Positions 7,256 to 16,100 of a stretch of DNA of 32,000 bases are shown here, piece by piece. This DNA comes from Streptomyces sp. CNQ-509. Lineage in GTDB: Bacteria > Actinomycetota > Actinomycetes > Streptomycetales > Streptomycetaceae. The notes under the pieces were generated by a model. That model was not told the DNA's origin, made no database searches, and worked only from the letters and a program-made list of their open reading frames with translations. The position numbers and the translations under genes are program-made. Location of the stretch: assembly GCF_001011035.1 (NCBI RefSeq), contig NZ_CP011492.1, positions 7,672,951 through 7,704,950 of the forward strand, read 5' to 3'. Position 1 is the stretch's first letter. Every line of letters begins with the position of its first letter.

Positions 7256-7555
7256 CGAGCACCGGCCTTCGTATCGGCGGGGAGCAATTCCGGGACGGAG
7301 CCCGGGAAAGAGCACGCCGGGCGAGAGCGGAACCGGCGCGAGCAACGTGAGAAGCTGAACCCTGCCCAGCGGTATCGGCGATGAACAGACAGCCCGCCTC
7401 GCTTGTGATTTCTCCACAGAGTCCGGTCGAAAACGAGGACACCTACCGGGCCACCCAAGTGGGTGTAATTTTGTGATCAGTCTGATCGGCCCCAGGGGTC
7501 TGCATCGCGTGCCAACCCCCTGCCCACATCGGTCCACAGGCTTGCCGCCAGCAGT

Positions 7556-7651
7556 GCGGAAGATCGCGGAATGGCTGGCCCACGGCCGGACCGGGACGCC
7601 GGATACGTCACCGGTGCGTCGCTCAAGGTGGACGAGGGCCCGGCCGCCTGA
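7556..7651 (+). pseudogene. C-terminal remnant of a short-chain dehydrogenase (SDR) gene
   Basis: The frame ending at TGA 7649-7651 reads ..DAGYVTGASLKVDEGPAA*, the characteristic SDR C terminus (..asYvTGqtl.VDGG..). KIAEWLAHG just upstream is in a different frame. No upstream part of the gene is present. Confidence 0.5.
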
Positions 7652-7720
7652 ACGGCTCGTTCTCCAGCCCTCACCCTCACCCCGGCCGAGGCCGACCGCC
7701 TGCGGCGGACGCTGGGCGAG

Positions 7721-7750
7721 GGCTGACGGGGGCTGACGGGGGCGGACGGG
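7721..7750. repeat. 10-bp tandem repeat GGCTGACGGG x3 (third copy GGCGGACGGG)
   Basis: Read directly from intergenic DNA upstream of the sigma factor gene. Confidence 0.9.
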
Positions 7751-7862
7751 CGGCGGAGCTGTTCGAATTTTCTCGACGGACCCGGCATAGCGGGGCGGTC
7801 CCGTACGCGTCCATGAGGGTGACAGGCGACCACGAGCCGAGGACAACCGAACACGGGGAACC

Positions 7863-8408
7863 ATGAATGATGAGGAAGAGCGCCGCTTCCGCGAGTTCGT
7901 CGCGGCGCGCTCGCCCGCGCTGATGCGTACGGCGACCCTCTTGACCGGCGGCGACGTACACGCCGCCGAGGACCTGCTGCAGACCGCGCTGGTGAAGGCG
8001 GCGGCGCGGTGGGGCAGGTTGGAGAGTCCCGAGGCGTATCTGCGGCAGGTGCTCTACCGGCAGCAGGTGAGCCTGTGGCGGCTCTTACGCACGCGCCGCG
8101 AGACCACGGTGGCCGAACTTCCCGAAGCCGTGCGCGACGACCCTGCCGACGCGGCCGAGCTGCGGATCCAGATACGCCGGGCGCTGGCCCGGCTCACGCC
8201 ACACCAGCGCGCCATGCTGGTGCTGCGCTACTTCGAGGACGCCCCCGAAAGGGAGGTGGCCGAGCTGCTCGGCTGCTCGGTGGGCACGGTCCGCAGCACG
8301 ACGCACCGGGCCCTGGCCAAACTGCGCAAGCTGGTGCCGGAGCTGGACCCCGGCGCCGCCTCCCGCAGCCCCGAACTCGGCAACTCACCCTCGGAGGTGC
8401 GGAAATGA
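7863..8408 (+). CDS. ECF-type RNA polymerase sigma factor (SigE-family, 181 aa)
   Basis: Region 2 (..FREFVAARSPALMRTATLLTGGDVHAAEDLLQTALVKAAARW..) and region 4 (..LTPHQRAMLVLRYFEDAPEREVAELLGCSVGTVRSTTHRALAKLR..) are both present. Confidence 0.9.
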   Translation: MNDEEERRFREFVAARSPALMRTATLLTGGDVHAAEDLLQTALVKAAARWGRLESPEAYLRQVLYRQQVSLWRLLRTRRETTVAELPEAVRDDPADAAELRIQIRRALARLTPHQRAMLVLRYFEDAPEREVAELLGCSVGTVRSTTHRALAKLRKLVPELDPGAASRSPELGNSPSEVRK

Positions 8409-9586
8409 ACGCTGACCGGCTGTTGCGGGAGACCCTGCACGATTGGGCCGAGGAGATACCGCCCCCGCCCGGCCCGGACCTGGCGGACCGGGCCCTGCTA
8501 CGGCGCCGCCGGCGCCGGGCGACCGCGGTGACGGTGACGGCCGCCGCCTTCGCGCTGCTGGTGGGCGGAGTGGCGGTGCCGGTGCTCGCGGAGACCGACC
8601 GGCCGGGCCGCCCGGAGCCGGAGCGAATGATCAACGACGACGTGTCCGCACACCCACGCGAGTCCCCGCCGCGCCGCCTGGTCGCCGCCGGGAACGTCGC
8701 GGTGTCCGCGTACCAGGCGGACCGGAGCACCGAGGAGCGGGACGGTGTCGAGCGGACGACGTACACCTGGCATCTGTACGACCCCGGGACGCAGCAGTAC
8801 GAGAAGACGCGCTGGGGCTGGCTGGACGTCGCCCCCGGAATGCGGCAGGCGGCGGTGCTGGAGAAGACACTGCCTGCGTCCCGGGTCGGGATCCTCGAGC
8901 TGGACACCGGAAAGGTGACGAAGTGGATCCCGTTGGAGCACGAGGCGGGCGGGGTGCAGTGGTCGCCGGACGGGAAGCGGCTGGTGGTGACCGCGTACCG
9001 CGGATACCCGGATGTCGAGACGGATGACCTGGATCGGTATACGTCGTCCCATGCGAGGACCGGCTATTACCTGGTCGACGTCGACTCGGGGCGGAAGGAG
9101 TACCGTCCGACGGGCGTCGACACGGACGGCAGGTCCGTCGGGGTCGGCCGTATGGACGTGCGGTGGAGCCGGGACGGCACATCGCTGAGGGTGCTGGGGG
9201 CGCCGGGCGGCGACACCATCGTGACCTGGTACGACCTGGAAGGCCGGGCGAGGAAGAAGGCGCCCCCGTACGAGGGACTGGACCAGGTGCATGCCGGCCT
9301 GTCCCCGGACGGCCGCCACTACACGGTGGGCGACGGATGGAGGGCGACCGTGAAGGAGACACGGACCGGCCGGACGGTCCCCGGGTCGAGCGGGAGCATG
9401 ACCCTCGCGTGGGCCGACAACGGGCGCCTGGTGCGCTGGGAATGCTCGCCGGATCGGAACTGCGTGCAGGGCATGGGCGAGCGGCTGGTCCTGACCGACC
9501 CAGCGGGGCGCGACAAGATCCCGCTCACAGGAGCCCGGTACGAGAACACCCCCCGGGACTGGGAACCGCTGATCACCCAGCGCTGA
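8405..9586 (+). CDS. Membrane-anchored protein with a TolB-like (PD40/WD40-like) beta-propeller region; possible anti-sigma or sigma-associated partner
   Basis: The ATG at 8405 overlaps the sigma stop (ATGA). The protein starts MNADRLLRETLHDWAEE.., has an Arg-rich stretch then one TM helix (ATAVTVTAAAFALLVGGVAVPVLA), and carries repeated ..VQWSPDGKRLVV.., ..VRWSRDGTSL.., ..LSPDGRHYTV.. motifs. The longer ORF 8009..9586 is rejected because it overlaps the sigma gene. Confidence 0.75.
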   Translation: MNADRLLRETLHDWAEEIPPPPGPDLADRALLRRRRRRATAVTVTAAAFALLVGGVAVPVLAETDRPGRPEPERMINDDVSAHPRESPPRRLVAAGNVAVSAYQADRSTEERDGVERTTYTWHLYDPGTQQYEKTRWGWLDVAPGMRQAAVLEKTLPASRVGILELDTGKVTKWIPLEHEAGGVQWSPDGKRLVVTAYRGYPDVETDDLDRYTSSHARTGYYLVDVDSGRKEYRPTGVDTDGRSVGVGRMDVRWSRDGTSLRVLGAPGGDTIVTWYDLEGRARKKAPPYEGLDQVHAGLSPDGRHYTVGDGWRATVKETRTGRTVPGSSGSMTLAWADNGRLVRWECSPDRNCVQGMGERLVLTDPAGRDKIPLTGARYENTPRDWEPLITQR

Positions 9587-9649
9587 CCCGGCCCGGCGCC
9601 CGCCGCGCAAACAGGCGAATTCCTCGGTCGGTGCCCACGCAACGCCAGT

Positions 9650-9905
9650 TGGCTCTTCTGTGCCGGCACTTCCGTTCCGGCGGCATGCAGCAGCGCGTCG
9701 TCCTGTGTCGCGCGCTGCTGCATGAGCGGCCGGTGCTGCTGCTTGACGAGCCGTTCGGCGATGTGGACCCGCCGGCGCGGGAGCTGAACCGCGTCAAGGG
9801 GGGACGGGCACGACCATCGTGCTGGTCGCCCACTCCATCGCGGGGGCCGTCCACCCCGGCACCCGGGCCGAGGTGAGGAGCGCCCGCCCCGGCCTGGTCA
9901 TCCGG
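9650..9905 (+). pseudogene. ABC transporter ATP-binding protein remnant; 5' half missing, frameshifted
   Basis: ..FRSGGMQQRVVLCRALLHERPVLLLDEPFG.. covers the signature and Walker B motifs. After a frame change it reads ..GTTIVLVAHSIAGAV...SARPGLV... There is no Walker A region and no start codon. Confidence 0.7.
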
Positions 9906-9942
9906 TCACTCCCCTACCGCACGGTCACGCCTTGGAGGATCG

Positions 9943-10758
9943 TTACGGCCAGATCGAGTCGACCCACTCCGGGTGGTCGATGAACGGGTTCCGGTTGTGC
10001 TGGATCTGGTCGAAGATCACCTGGTTGCGGTTCTTCTCGAAATCGCTCGGCGGGTCCTGGTCGTTCCACTCCTTGAGGACCGAGAGCTTGCCGATGGCGG
10101 GCGACGAGCCGTTGTTGACCTGGTCGTTGGGCTCCAGGTCGGCGAAGCCGTCGTTGCCTTCGTAGCGCACGGCCATGTAGAGGATCATGCGGGCGACATC
10201 GCCCTTGACGTCGTCGCGGGGCTCGAAGGAGTCGTCGTCGGTGAAGCTCCCCGGGGCCTGGTCGACCGGGCTGCCGCCGTAGTCGAAGTCCTTGTTCCCG
10301 CGGGTGCTGTTGACCGTCACGTCTGTGGGGCGCAGGTGGTGCACATCGGTGCCCGGACCGGTCGAGGTACCGAAGTCGCCGTGGCTCTTGGCCCAGACGT
10401 GCTCGCGGTTCCAGTCGTCGGCGTTGCCGCCGTTGGAGTCCTTGCTCTGCGAGACACCGCTGTAGAGGAGGATGACGTTGTCCGGGTTCGCCGGGTCCTC
10501 GTCGGTCTCCATGAGCGCTTCCCAGACCTGGCTGTATGAGATCTTGGTCTGGTCGCTGATGATCGTGTGCAGGGCGCTCTTGAGCTCGTCGCCCTCCTTG
10601 CCGAGCGCGTCCTTGTAGTACGTGTCGTCGTACGCGACGACGGAGGACGTTGCGGGTTCGGCGGGCGTTGCCGCGACGGAGGGCAGGGTACCGGTGGCCG
10701 CCGCGGCCAGAGCCACGGCGGAGATCAGCGCGGTGCGCGGTATTCGGGACGTGTCCAC
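9943..10758 (-). CDS. Secreted endonuclease I family nuclease (271 aa)
   Basis: GTG at 10758 follows GGAGAGAGG. The signal peptide is VDTSRIPRTALISAVALAAAATGTLPSVAA. Family motifs present: ..WNREHVWAKSHG.., ..DVHHLRPTDVTVNSTRGNKDF.., ..PRDDVKGDVARMILYMAVRY.., ..RNPFIDHPEW... Confidence 0.85.
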   Translation of the reverse strand: MDTSRIPRTALISAVALAAAATGTLPSVAATPAEPATSSVVAYDDTYYKDALGKEGDELKSALHTIISDQTKISYSQVWEALMETDEDPANPDNVILLYSGVSQSKDSNGGNADDWNREHVWAKSHGDFGTSTGPGTDVHHLRPTDVTVNSTRGNKDFDYGGSPVDQAPGSFTDDDSFEPRDDVKGDVARMILYMAVRYEGNDGFADLEPNDQVNNGSSPAIGKLSVLKEWNDQDPPSDFEKNRNQVIFDQIQHNRNPFIDHPEWVDSIWP

Positions 10759-11064
10759 GGAAGAACCTCTCTCCGGGAGTCGGCACCTGCCGGTGCCGGG
10801 TGTGGGGGGTGGCGCGTGGGCCGGCCGGGTGCCGGACCTCCAACGAGCGTGACAGCACGCGCAGTTGGCTTCAAGTACGTACCCGCAGGTGGCCGCGCGT
10901 AGACCTGATTTCCCGTGCTGCCGCGGTGTCCGGCGCGGGCGGTGCTTTCGCGTTCGGCGGAGTTCAGCAGCCACCTTGCGCACCCCTCGACGGCGACTGC
11001 GGCCCACAGCGCGCAGGACGGCCGCCACCAGGCCAGGTACGTATACGACAGGAGCGTCGTCCCG

Positions 11065-11093
11065 TTCACAGATGTCTCTTGAGCGTTTAGAGT
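11065..11093 (+). promoter_or_regulatory. Candidate housekeeping-sigma promoter for the carboxypeptidase gene
   Basis: TTCACA (11065-11070), a 17-nt spacer, then TAGAGT (11088-11093). This is close to TTGACA-N17-TAGAPuT and lies about 50 nt upstream of the ATG at 11142. Confidence 0.5.
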
Positions 11094-11141
11094 GACGCAC
11101 GCCCCCCTCAGCAGTGCCTTGTGACGCCTGAGGAGCAGTGA

Positions 11142-12335
11142 ATGTCTGCACGAAATTGGGTCGCCACCCTGGCGAGCGCCGCCCTGATCGCCGGCCTCTC
11201 CACCTTCGCCGCCAACGCCGCCGACAGTCCCGCCGCCGGCGCGATCCCGCCGGTGTCCCACTGCGGCACCGAGGCATCCGGTTCCGGCAACAACGGCTTC
11301 GTCGACTACCGGCAACTGACCGCCGCTCTCCGGTAACTGGAGACCAGCACCGGCGGCATCGTCGACGTGGAGGTGGCCGGGTACTCCAACCAGGGCCGCG
11401 CCATCCACACCGCGCGCGTCGGCGAGGGCGACAAGGTCGTGTACGTGCAGACGCAGATCCACGGCAACGAGATGCACGGCACCGAAGCGGCCCTGGAACT
11501 GCTCAAGCAGTGGGGCTCCAACAGCCCGGAGGCCAAGAAGCTGCGGGAGAAGGTCACCGTGGTGGTCGTCCCCCGGCTGAACGTCGACGGAGGCGAGCTC
11601 GACCAGCGGCAGAACGACATGACCTGGAACGAGGTCGTCGCCGACTTCCCGCAACTGGCGGGTGTGTCCCCGGCGTGGAACTACAACTCCCGGGTCGGCG
11701 GTTTCGACGTCAACCGTGACTTCAACCCGAACCTGGACTACGTTCCCGCCGCCGAGGACTTCCCGGGCAACAGCGCCGACACCGGCTGGTACATCACCCC
11801 CGAGGCGCAGACCTCCCGGAACGTCTACCGTTCGCTGGAGCAGGAGTTCGGCACGGTCGATTACTTCGTCGACCTGCACAACCAGTGGTCCTGCTACGCC
11901 ACCGAGGACATGGAGAGCATGTCGCCGCTGTCCATCTCGGCCAAGTTCATCGACAACCCGGCCGAGTTCGGCAACTGGCCCAAGTTCGACCTGGACGCCT
12001 CCAAGCGGGCCAACGTCGCCGTCTACGAGGCTCTCCAGGAGCGGGGCGAGTCTTCCTACGGCAAGCTGACCCTCTACCCCCAGTCCACCAACCTGCCGGG
12101 CACCGCGCTCGGTTCGTACCAGCTCCGCGGCTCCGCGGTGGTTCTCTTCGAGACGTCCTCGCAGACCCAGTACGACGGCATGAAGCGCAACGGCATGCTC
12201 GCCAAGATTGTCGAGACCGGACTCGGCGGCCTGGTCGACGCCGTCGCGGACGGCTCGGTGAACTCCCTCGACACGGGCGCCTACGACGCCATCCCGAACC
12301 GCGTCACGCTGCCTTCCGACGGCCCCCGCGCCTGA
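11142..12335 (+). pseudogene. M14-family zinc carboxypeptidase, secreted, interrupted by an in-frame TAA at 11334-11336
   Basis: ORFs 11142..11336 (signal peptide MSARNWVATLASAALIAGLSTFAANA) and 11367..12335 are in the same frame. Read-through gives ..YRQLTAALR*LETSTGGIVDVEVAGYSNQGRAIH... Zinc and catalytic motifs QIHGNEMHG, FDVNRDFN and VDLHNQ are present. Confidence 0.8.
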
Positions 12336-12529
12336 CGGAGGGACGGCCCGCCGGCATCGCCCGGTGCGCCGGTTCTCCCCTGGCTCCGCACCGGCACTTC
12401 GGTCCGGAGCCAGGGGAACCATCGCCCGCCGGGAGACGCCACACTGCGTTCTGCTCAGTCGCTCGCCCCGCTCCTCGCGTACGGCGTGGCCCTCCGCCCA
12501 AGGCGGCGGCGCCGGCGTACAGCGCCGGG

Positions 12530-13286
12530 TTCCGCAGTCGACGACGAGGGTCGCCGGCCACTGCGGGTCGTACTCGGTGCTCGCGGCCAGCCGGCGTGCC
12601 GCCTCCCGCTTGTTCGGGCCGTGTACGGCCATCACCGCGCGGCGGCTGTGCGCGACGTTGGTGCGTACGCCCACGGTCACGCCGTGCCGGGGCACCTCCG
12701 TCAGGTCGGAGAAGCCGGGGAAGGTGTTCATGTTGTCGGCGCGGGTGGTCTCGGCGAGCGCCGTGATCCGGCTGCCCGAGTCCGCCGCCGTGCCCGGCGG
12801 GTTGAACGCGACGTGCCCGTCGGACGCGCCCGAGGCCAGCAGGAACAGGTCCACCCCGCCGGCCTCCGCCAGCCTCGCGTCGTACGCGGCCGGCTCCTGC
12901 GGGGACGGGAACCACACCGCGTCGGCGGGCATCGAACGGCCGTGGCCGGCCGCCGCGTTGAGCGGTCCGGCGATCTCCTCGGCGGCGAAGCGGTGGCAAC
13001 TGAAGTGCGCGGCCTGGTCGACGTCCCGGAAGCCGCCGCCCGGCGCCGGCAGCACGTACTCGTCCATCATCGCGATCGCGACGTGGCGCAGGTCGGGTCC
13101 GCGGGCCGCGGTCAGCCGGGCCAGCGCCCGGTAGCCCGGGCGGGGGCTGCGACCGCCGGGGCACCCCAGCACGTAGCGGCGGCCGGCCTGCCCGGCGGCG
13201 GCGATGCCGCCGGCGATCTCGGCGGCGAGCGACGCGCCGAGGCCGTCGGGGGTGGCGAAGACGCGGAGGGCGAGGGGGGCAGGCAC
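12530..13286 (-). CDS. Glucosamine-6-phosphate deaminase/6-phosphogluconolactonase (NagB/SolR) family protein; 3' end unresolved
   Basis: GTG at 13286 follows AGGGAG. The family pattern is present: ..YVLGCPGGRSP.., ..LASGASDGHVAFNPPG.., ..GVTVGVRTNVAHSRRAVMAVHGPNKREAA... Homology ends near ..ATLVVD (about 12537), but the frame has no stop until 10725, which is antisense through the carboxypeptidase gene. Confidence 0.65.
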
Positions 13287-13290
13287 GAAG

Positions 13291-13430
13291 TCACTCCCTG
13301 ACGGCGCCCGCGAGCATGCCGCTGATCATGCGGCGCTGCAGGGCGAGGGAGGCGATGAGCACGGGCAGGGCGACCAGGACGGCCGCGGCGGCGGTGCCCC
13401 CCGGGTCGCTGTTGCGGCGGTTGCCCGAGA
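13291..13430 (-). pseudogene. Sugar ABC transporter permease remnant; only the last 45 aa or so
   Basis: ..GGTAAAAVLVALPVLIASLALQRRMISGMLAGAVRE* is the typical C terminus of MalG/AraQ-type permeases. It ends 2 nt before the NagB-like start. Nothing upstream of about 13430 resembles a permease. Confidence 0.6.
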
Positions 13431-13444
13431 GTCCTCCTGCTCCG

Positions 13445-13800
13445 GGCTCGGCATCGGCGAGCGGTACACCGCGCTCGGCGGCCCGGCCACCCCCGGAGCC
13501 CGGGAGGTGGCGCGCCTCGCGACCGCAGGCGACACCGCGGCCGGCCGGGTCCTCGACGGCGCCGGCGCCGCGCTCGGCACCGTACTCGCCATGGCGGTCC
13601 GGCTCCTCGAACCCGCCCGCGGTCGTCCTCGGCGGCGGCCTCGGCAGCGCACCGGGGCGGCTGCGCACCGCGCTGGACCACGCGTACCACCGCCGACCGC
13701 CGCCCGCCCCGGCCCCCGCCCCTGCTCACCGCGGCACTGGACCCGGACGCCGCGCTCATCGGCGCCGCCTGCCTGGCGGCGCTCCCCGTCGTGAGGCCGG
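13445..13800 (+). pseudogene. ROK-family protein remnant; C-terminal part, frameshifted
   Basis: ..REVARLATAGDTAAGRVLDGAGAALGTVLAMAVRLLEP.. continues in another frame as ..AVVLGGGLGSAPGRLRTALDHAY... There is no N-terminal ATP-binding region. Confidence 0.6.
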
Positions 13801-13942
13801 GGACACCGGGCCGCTGAGCCGCCCGCGCGACCGTGGCGATACCTGGGCACGGGCCCGGGTGGCGCCCCCGGATGTTTGATCGCATGCTGCAGGGAGACCC
13901 GGGTGCAGGAGTGATCGTCTTCCCGCGGAGGTGACGGATCGC

Positions 13943-15259
13943 GTGCCGCGCGAACGGATCGTGGTCGTGGGAGCCGGTTTCGCCGGCTACCAGGCTGCTC
14001 GCACGCTGGCCCGGCGAGCGCCGGACGGCGCCGAGATCGTGCTCATCAACCCGAACGACTACTTCCTGTACGTTCCCATGCTGCCGTACGTCGCCACCGG
14101 TGTGCTCGAAGCACGCCACATCTGCGTCCCGCTGGCCCGGCTCCGGCCGCGCGTGCGGCTGGTGCTCGGCGAGGTGGACACCGTCGACCTCGCCGCCGGA
14201 CGGGTACTGTGGACCGGTCCCGAGGGCCACCGCGGCGAGACCCCGTTCGACCGGCTGGTGGTCACCGTCGGAAGCGTCAGCAAGCTGCTGCCCGTCCCTG
14301 GCGTCGCCGAGCACGCGCACGGCTTCCGCGGCATCCCCGAGGCGCTGTACCTGCGCGATCACGTCACCCGGCAGATCGAGCTGGCCGCAAGCACCAAGGA
14401 CGAGGAGGAGCGCGCGGCGCGCCGCACCTTCGTCGTCGTCGGCGCCGGCTACACGGGCACCGAGGTGGCGGCGCACGGCGCGCTGTTCACCAGGGCGCTG
14501 GACCGCCGCTACGACGCCCGGCGCGACGGCCCGCGCCCGCGCTGGATGCTGCTCGACATCGCCCCGCGCATCATGCCGGAGATGGACGAGCGGATGTCCC
14601 GCTCCGCCACCGACGTGCTGCGCCGGCGCGGCGTCGACGTGCGCACCGGCAGGTCGGTGAAGGAGGCGACGAGCGACGGTGTGCTCCTGGACGACGGCGA
14701 GTTCGTCGGTACCCGCTCGCTGATCTGGTGCGTGGGCGTGCGGCCGGACCCGCTGGTGGAGTCCGTGGGCCTGCCGCTGGAGAAGGGCCGGCTGGTCGTC
14801 GACGAGTTCCTGAACGTCCCCGGGCACCCCGAGGTGTACGCCTGCGGCGACGCCGCCGCCGTGCCGGACCCGGACAGGCCCGGCGAGTACACGACGATGA
14901 CCGCGCAGCACGCGATGCCCCAGGGCCGGCTCGCCGGCCGCAACGTCGCCGCCTCCCTCACCGGCGGCCGGCAGCAGCCCTACCGGCACCGTCCGCGCGG
15001 CTTCGCCGTCGACCTCGGTGGCGTCAACGCGGCCGCCGACCCCTTCGGCGTCCAGATCGCGGGCCCGCTCGCCGCCGCCCTCACCCGCGGCTACCACCTG
15101 CTGGCCATGCCCTCCGGGCGCGCCCGGGTCGCGGTCGACTGGACCATGGACGCCCTGCTGCCGCGGCAGGCGGTGCAACTCGGGCTCGTCGGCTCCTGGT
15201 CGGTACCCCTGGACACCGCCTCCCCGGAGACGCCGCGCATCCCCGACGGCCGGAAGTGA
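13943..15259 (+). CDS. Type II NADH dehydrogenase-like NAD(P)/FAD-dependent oxidoreductase
   Basis: Lies in ORF 13931..15259. I prefer the in-frame GTG at 13943 because GGAGG (13927-13931) overlaps the first GTG. Two Rossmann motifs (IVVVGAGFAGY, FVVVGAGYTGTE) and ..VYACGDAA.. are present. Confidence 0.85.
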   Translation: MPRERIVVVGAGFAGYQAARTLARRAPDGAEIVLINPNDYFLYVPMLPYVATGVLEARHICVPLARLRPRVRLVLGEVDTVDLAAGRVLWTGPEGHRGETPFDRLVVTVGSVSKLLPVPGVAEHAHGFRGIPEALYLRDHVTRQIELAASTKDEEERAARRTFVVVGAGYTGTEVAAHGALFTRALDRRYDARRDGPRPRWMLLDIAPRIMPEMDERMSRSATDVLRRRGVDVRTGRSVKEATSDGVLLDDGEFVGTRSLIWCVGVRPDPLVESVGLPLEKGRLVVDEFLNVPGHPEVYACGDAAAVPDPDRPGEYTTMTAQHAMPQGRLAGRNVAASLTGGRQQPYRHRPRGFAVDLGGVNAAADPFGVQIAGPLAAALTRGYHLLAMPSGRARVAVDWTMDALLPRQAVQLGLVGSWSVPLDTASPETPRIPDGRK

Positions 15260-15400
15260 ACCACGCCGGGCCGGACCTCGTCCCGCCCACCTCCGCGGTA
15301 GCGGCCGGACGGCGCCTGTCGCGCCCATGGCCGCCTGCGGCGGCCCTCCACCGTCGTCGCGGGGCCCGGCGCCGGAGCCGTCGGGGCGCGCCGACACACG

Positions 15401-15436
15401 CCCGGGTCCATAGGTCCCGGATCCGGGCTTTTTGTC
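15401..15436 (+). terminator. Weak candidate intrinsic terminator downstream of the NDH-2-like gene
   Basis: GC-rich self-complementary CCCGGATCCGGG (15416-15427), with an alternative pairing to CCCGG at 15401-15405, is followed by CTTTTTG. A T-run is unusual in this GC-rich DNA. The stem is short. Confidence 0.3.
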
Positions 15437-15551
15437 TGTAATGTCCAGTGGTGAGCGTCGGTGCGCGTGGTGCGGTCACCGGGTTTCGCCCGGCGCAGCG
15501 CGGTACCCCAGCGCTGGGACCGACACCGGAGCGCGCCCCGGGAGGCGGCAT

Positions 15552-16100
15552 ATGGAACACCGGATCACCCTTCGGGTGGACGGCACGGAGAGGTCCGTGA
15601 CGGTCGACTCGCGCACCACGCTGCTCGACGCGCTGCGTGAGCGTCTGGGGGTGACCTCACCGAAGAAGGGCTGCGACCACGGCCAGTGCGGCTCCTGCAC
15701 GGTGCTGCTGGAGGGCCGCAGACAGCTCGCCTGCCTGACCTTCGCGGTCGCGCACGACGGTGACCGGGTGGTCACCGCCCAGGGTCTCGGCGAGGTGCGT
15801 GGCGACGGCGGACTGCACCCGGTGCAGCGGGCGTTCATCGAGCAGGACGGCTTCCAGTGCGGCTACTGCACCCCGGGCCAGGTCTGCTCCGCCGTCGGCA
15901 TGCTCGACGAGGCGGAGGCCGGCCACCCCAGCCACGTCACCCGGGACCTGATGCCGCCCGGTGCGCCGGACTCGCCCGTACCGCTGGACGACGAGGAGAT
16001 CCGCGAGCGGATGAGCGGCAATCTGTGCCGGTGCGGGGCGTACGTCAACATCGTCGCCGCGGTGCGCCAGACCGTGACGGCATCGCCGGGGGCGTCGTGA
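15552..16100 (+). CDS. (2Fe-2S)-binding small subunit of a xanthine dehydrogenase/aldehyde oxidoreductase-family molybdenum hydroxylase (PaoA/CoxS-like)
   Basis: The ATG at 15552 follows GGAGG (15541-15545). Both cluster motifs are present: ..KKGCDHGQCGSCTV.. and ..GFQCGYCTPGQ...CRCGAY... No Tat signal is visible. Confidence 0.9.
   Translation: MEHRITLRVDGTERSVTVDSRTTLLDALRERLGVTSPKKGCDHGQCGSCTVLLEGRRQLACLTFAVAHDGDRVVTAQGLGEVRGDGGLHPVQRAFIEQDGFQCGYCTPGQVCSAVGMLDEAEAGHPSHVTRDLMPPGAPDSPVPLDDEEIRERMSGNLCRCGAYVNIVAAVRQTVTASPGAS

Noticed and set aside
7256-7862. 600-bp gap between the ABM gene and the sigma factor gene, examined for a hidden gene or RNA
   Set aside because: It contains only an SDR C-terminal stub, a 10-bp x3 repeat and short out-of-frame ORFs (7074..7358, 7473..7736 and others) with no motifs. 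I saw no convincing structured RNA, so I treat it as degraded intergenic DNA.
8009-8404. N-terminal 132-aa extension of the TolB-like ORF (525-aa version)
   Set aside because: It overlaps the sigma factor gene in another frame and is Arg/Pro/Ala-rich. The ATG at 8405, with its ATGA stop-start overlap, gives a sensible N terminus followed by a TM helix.
10725-13286. 853-aa ORF as a possible real NagB-fusion protein
   Set aside because: Only the first 250 aa or so resemble any family. The rest is antisense to the carboxypeptidase gene and low-complexity. I read it as a lost stop or late frameshift, not a fusion.
15445-15551. Possible molybdenum-cofactor riboswitch in the leader of the Mo-hydroxylase operon
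   Set aside because: Two small hairpins are visible (ACCGGG-TTTCG-CCCGG and CAGCGC...GCGCTG). I could not find the conserved Moco-motif sequence blocks I remember, and Moco-using enzyme genes only sometimes carry the riboswitch. A covariance-model scan would be needed to decide.
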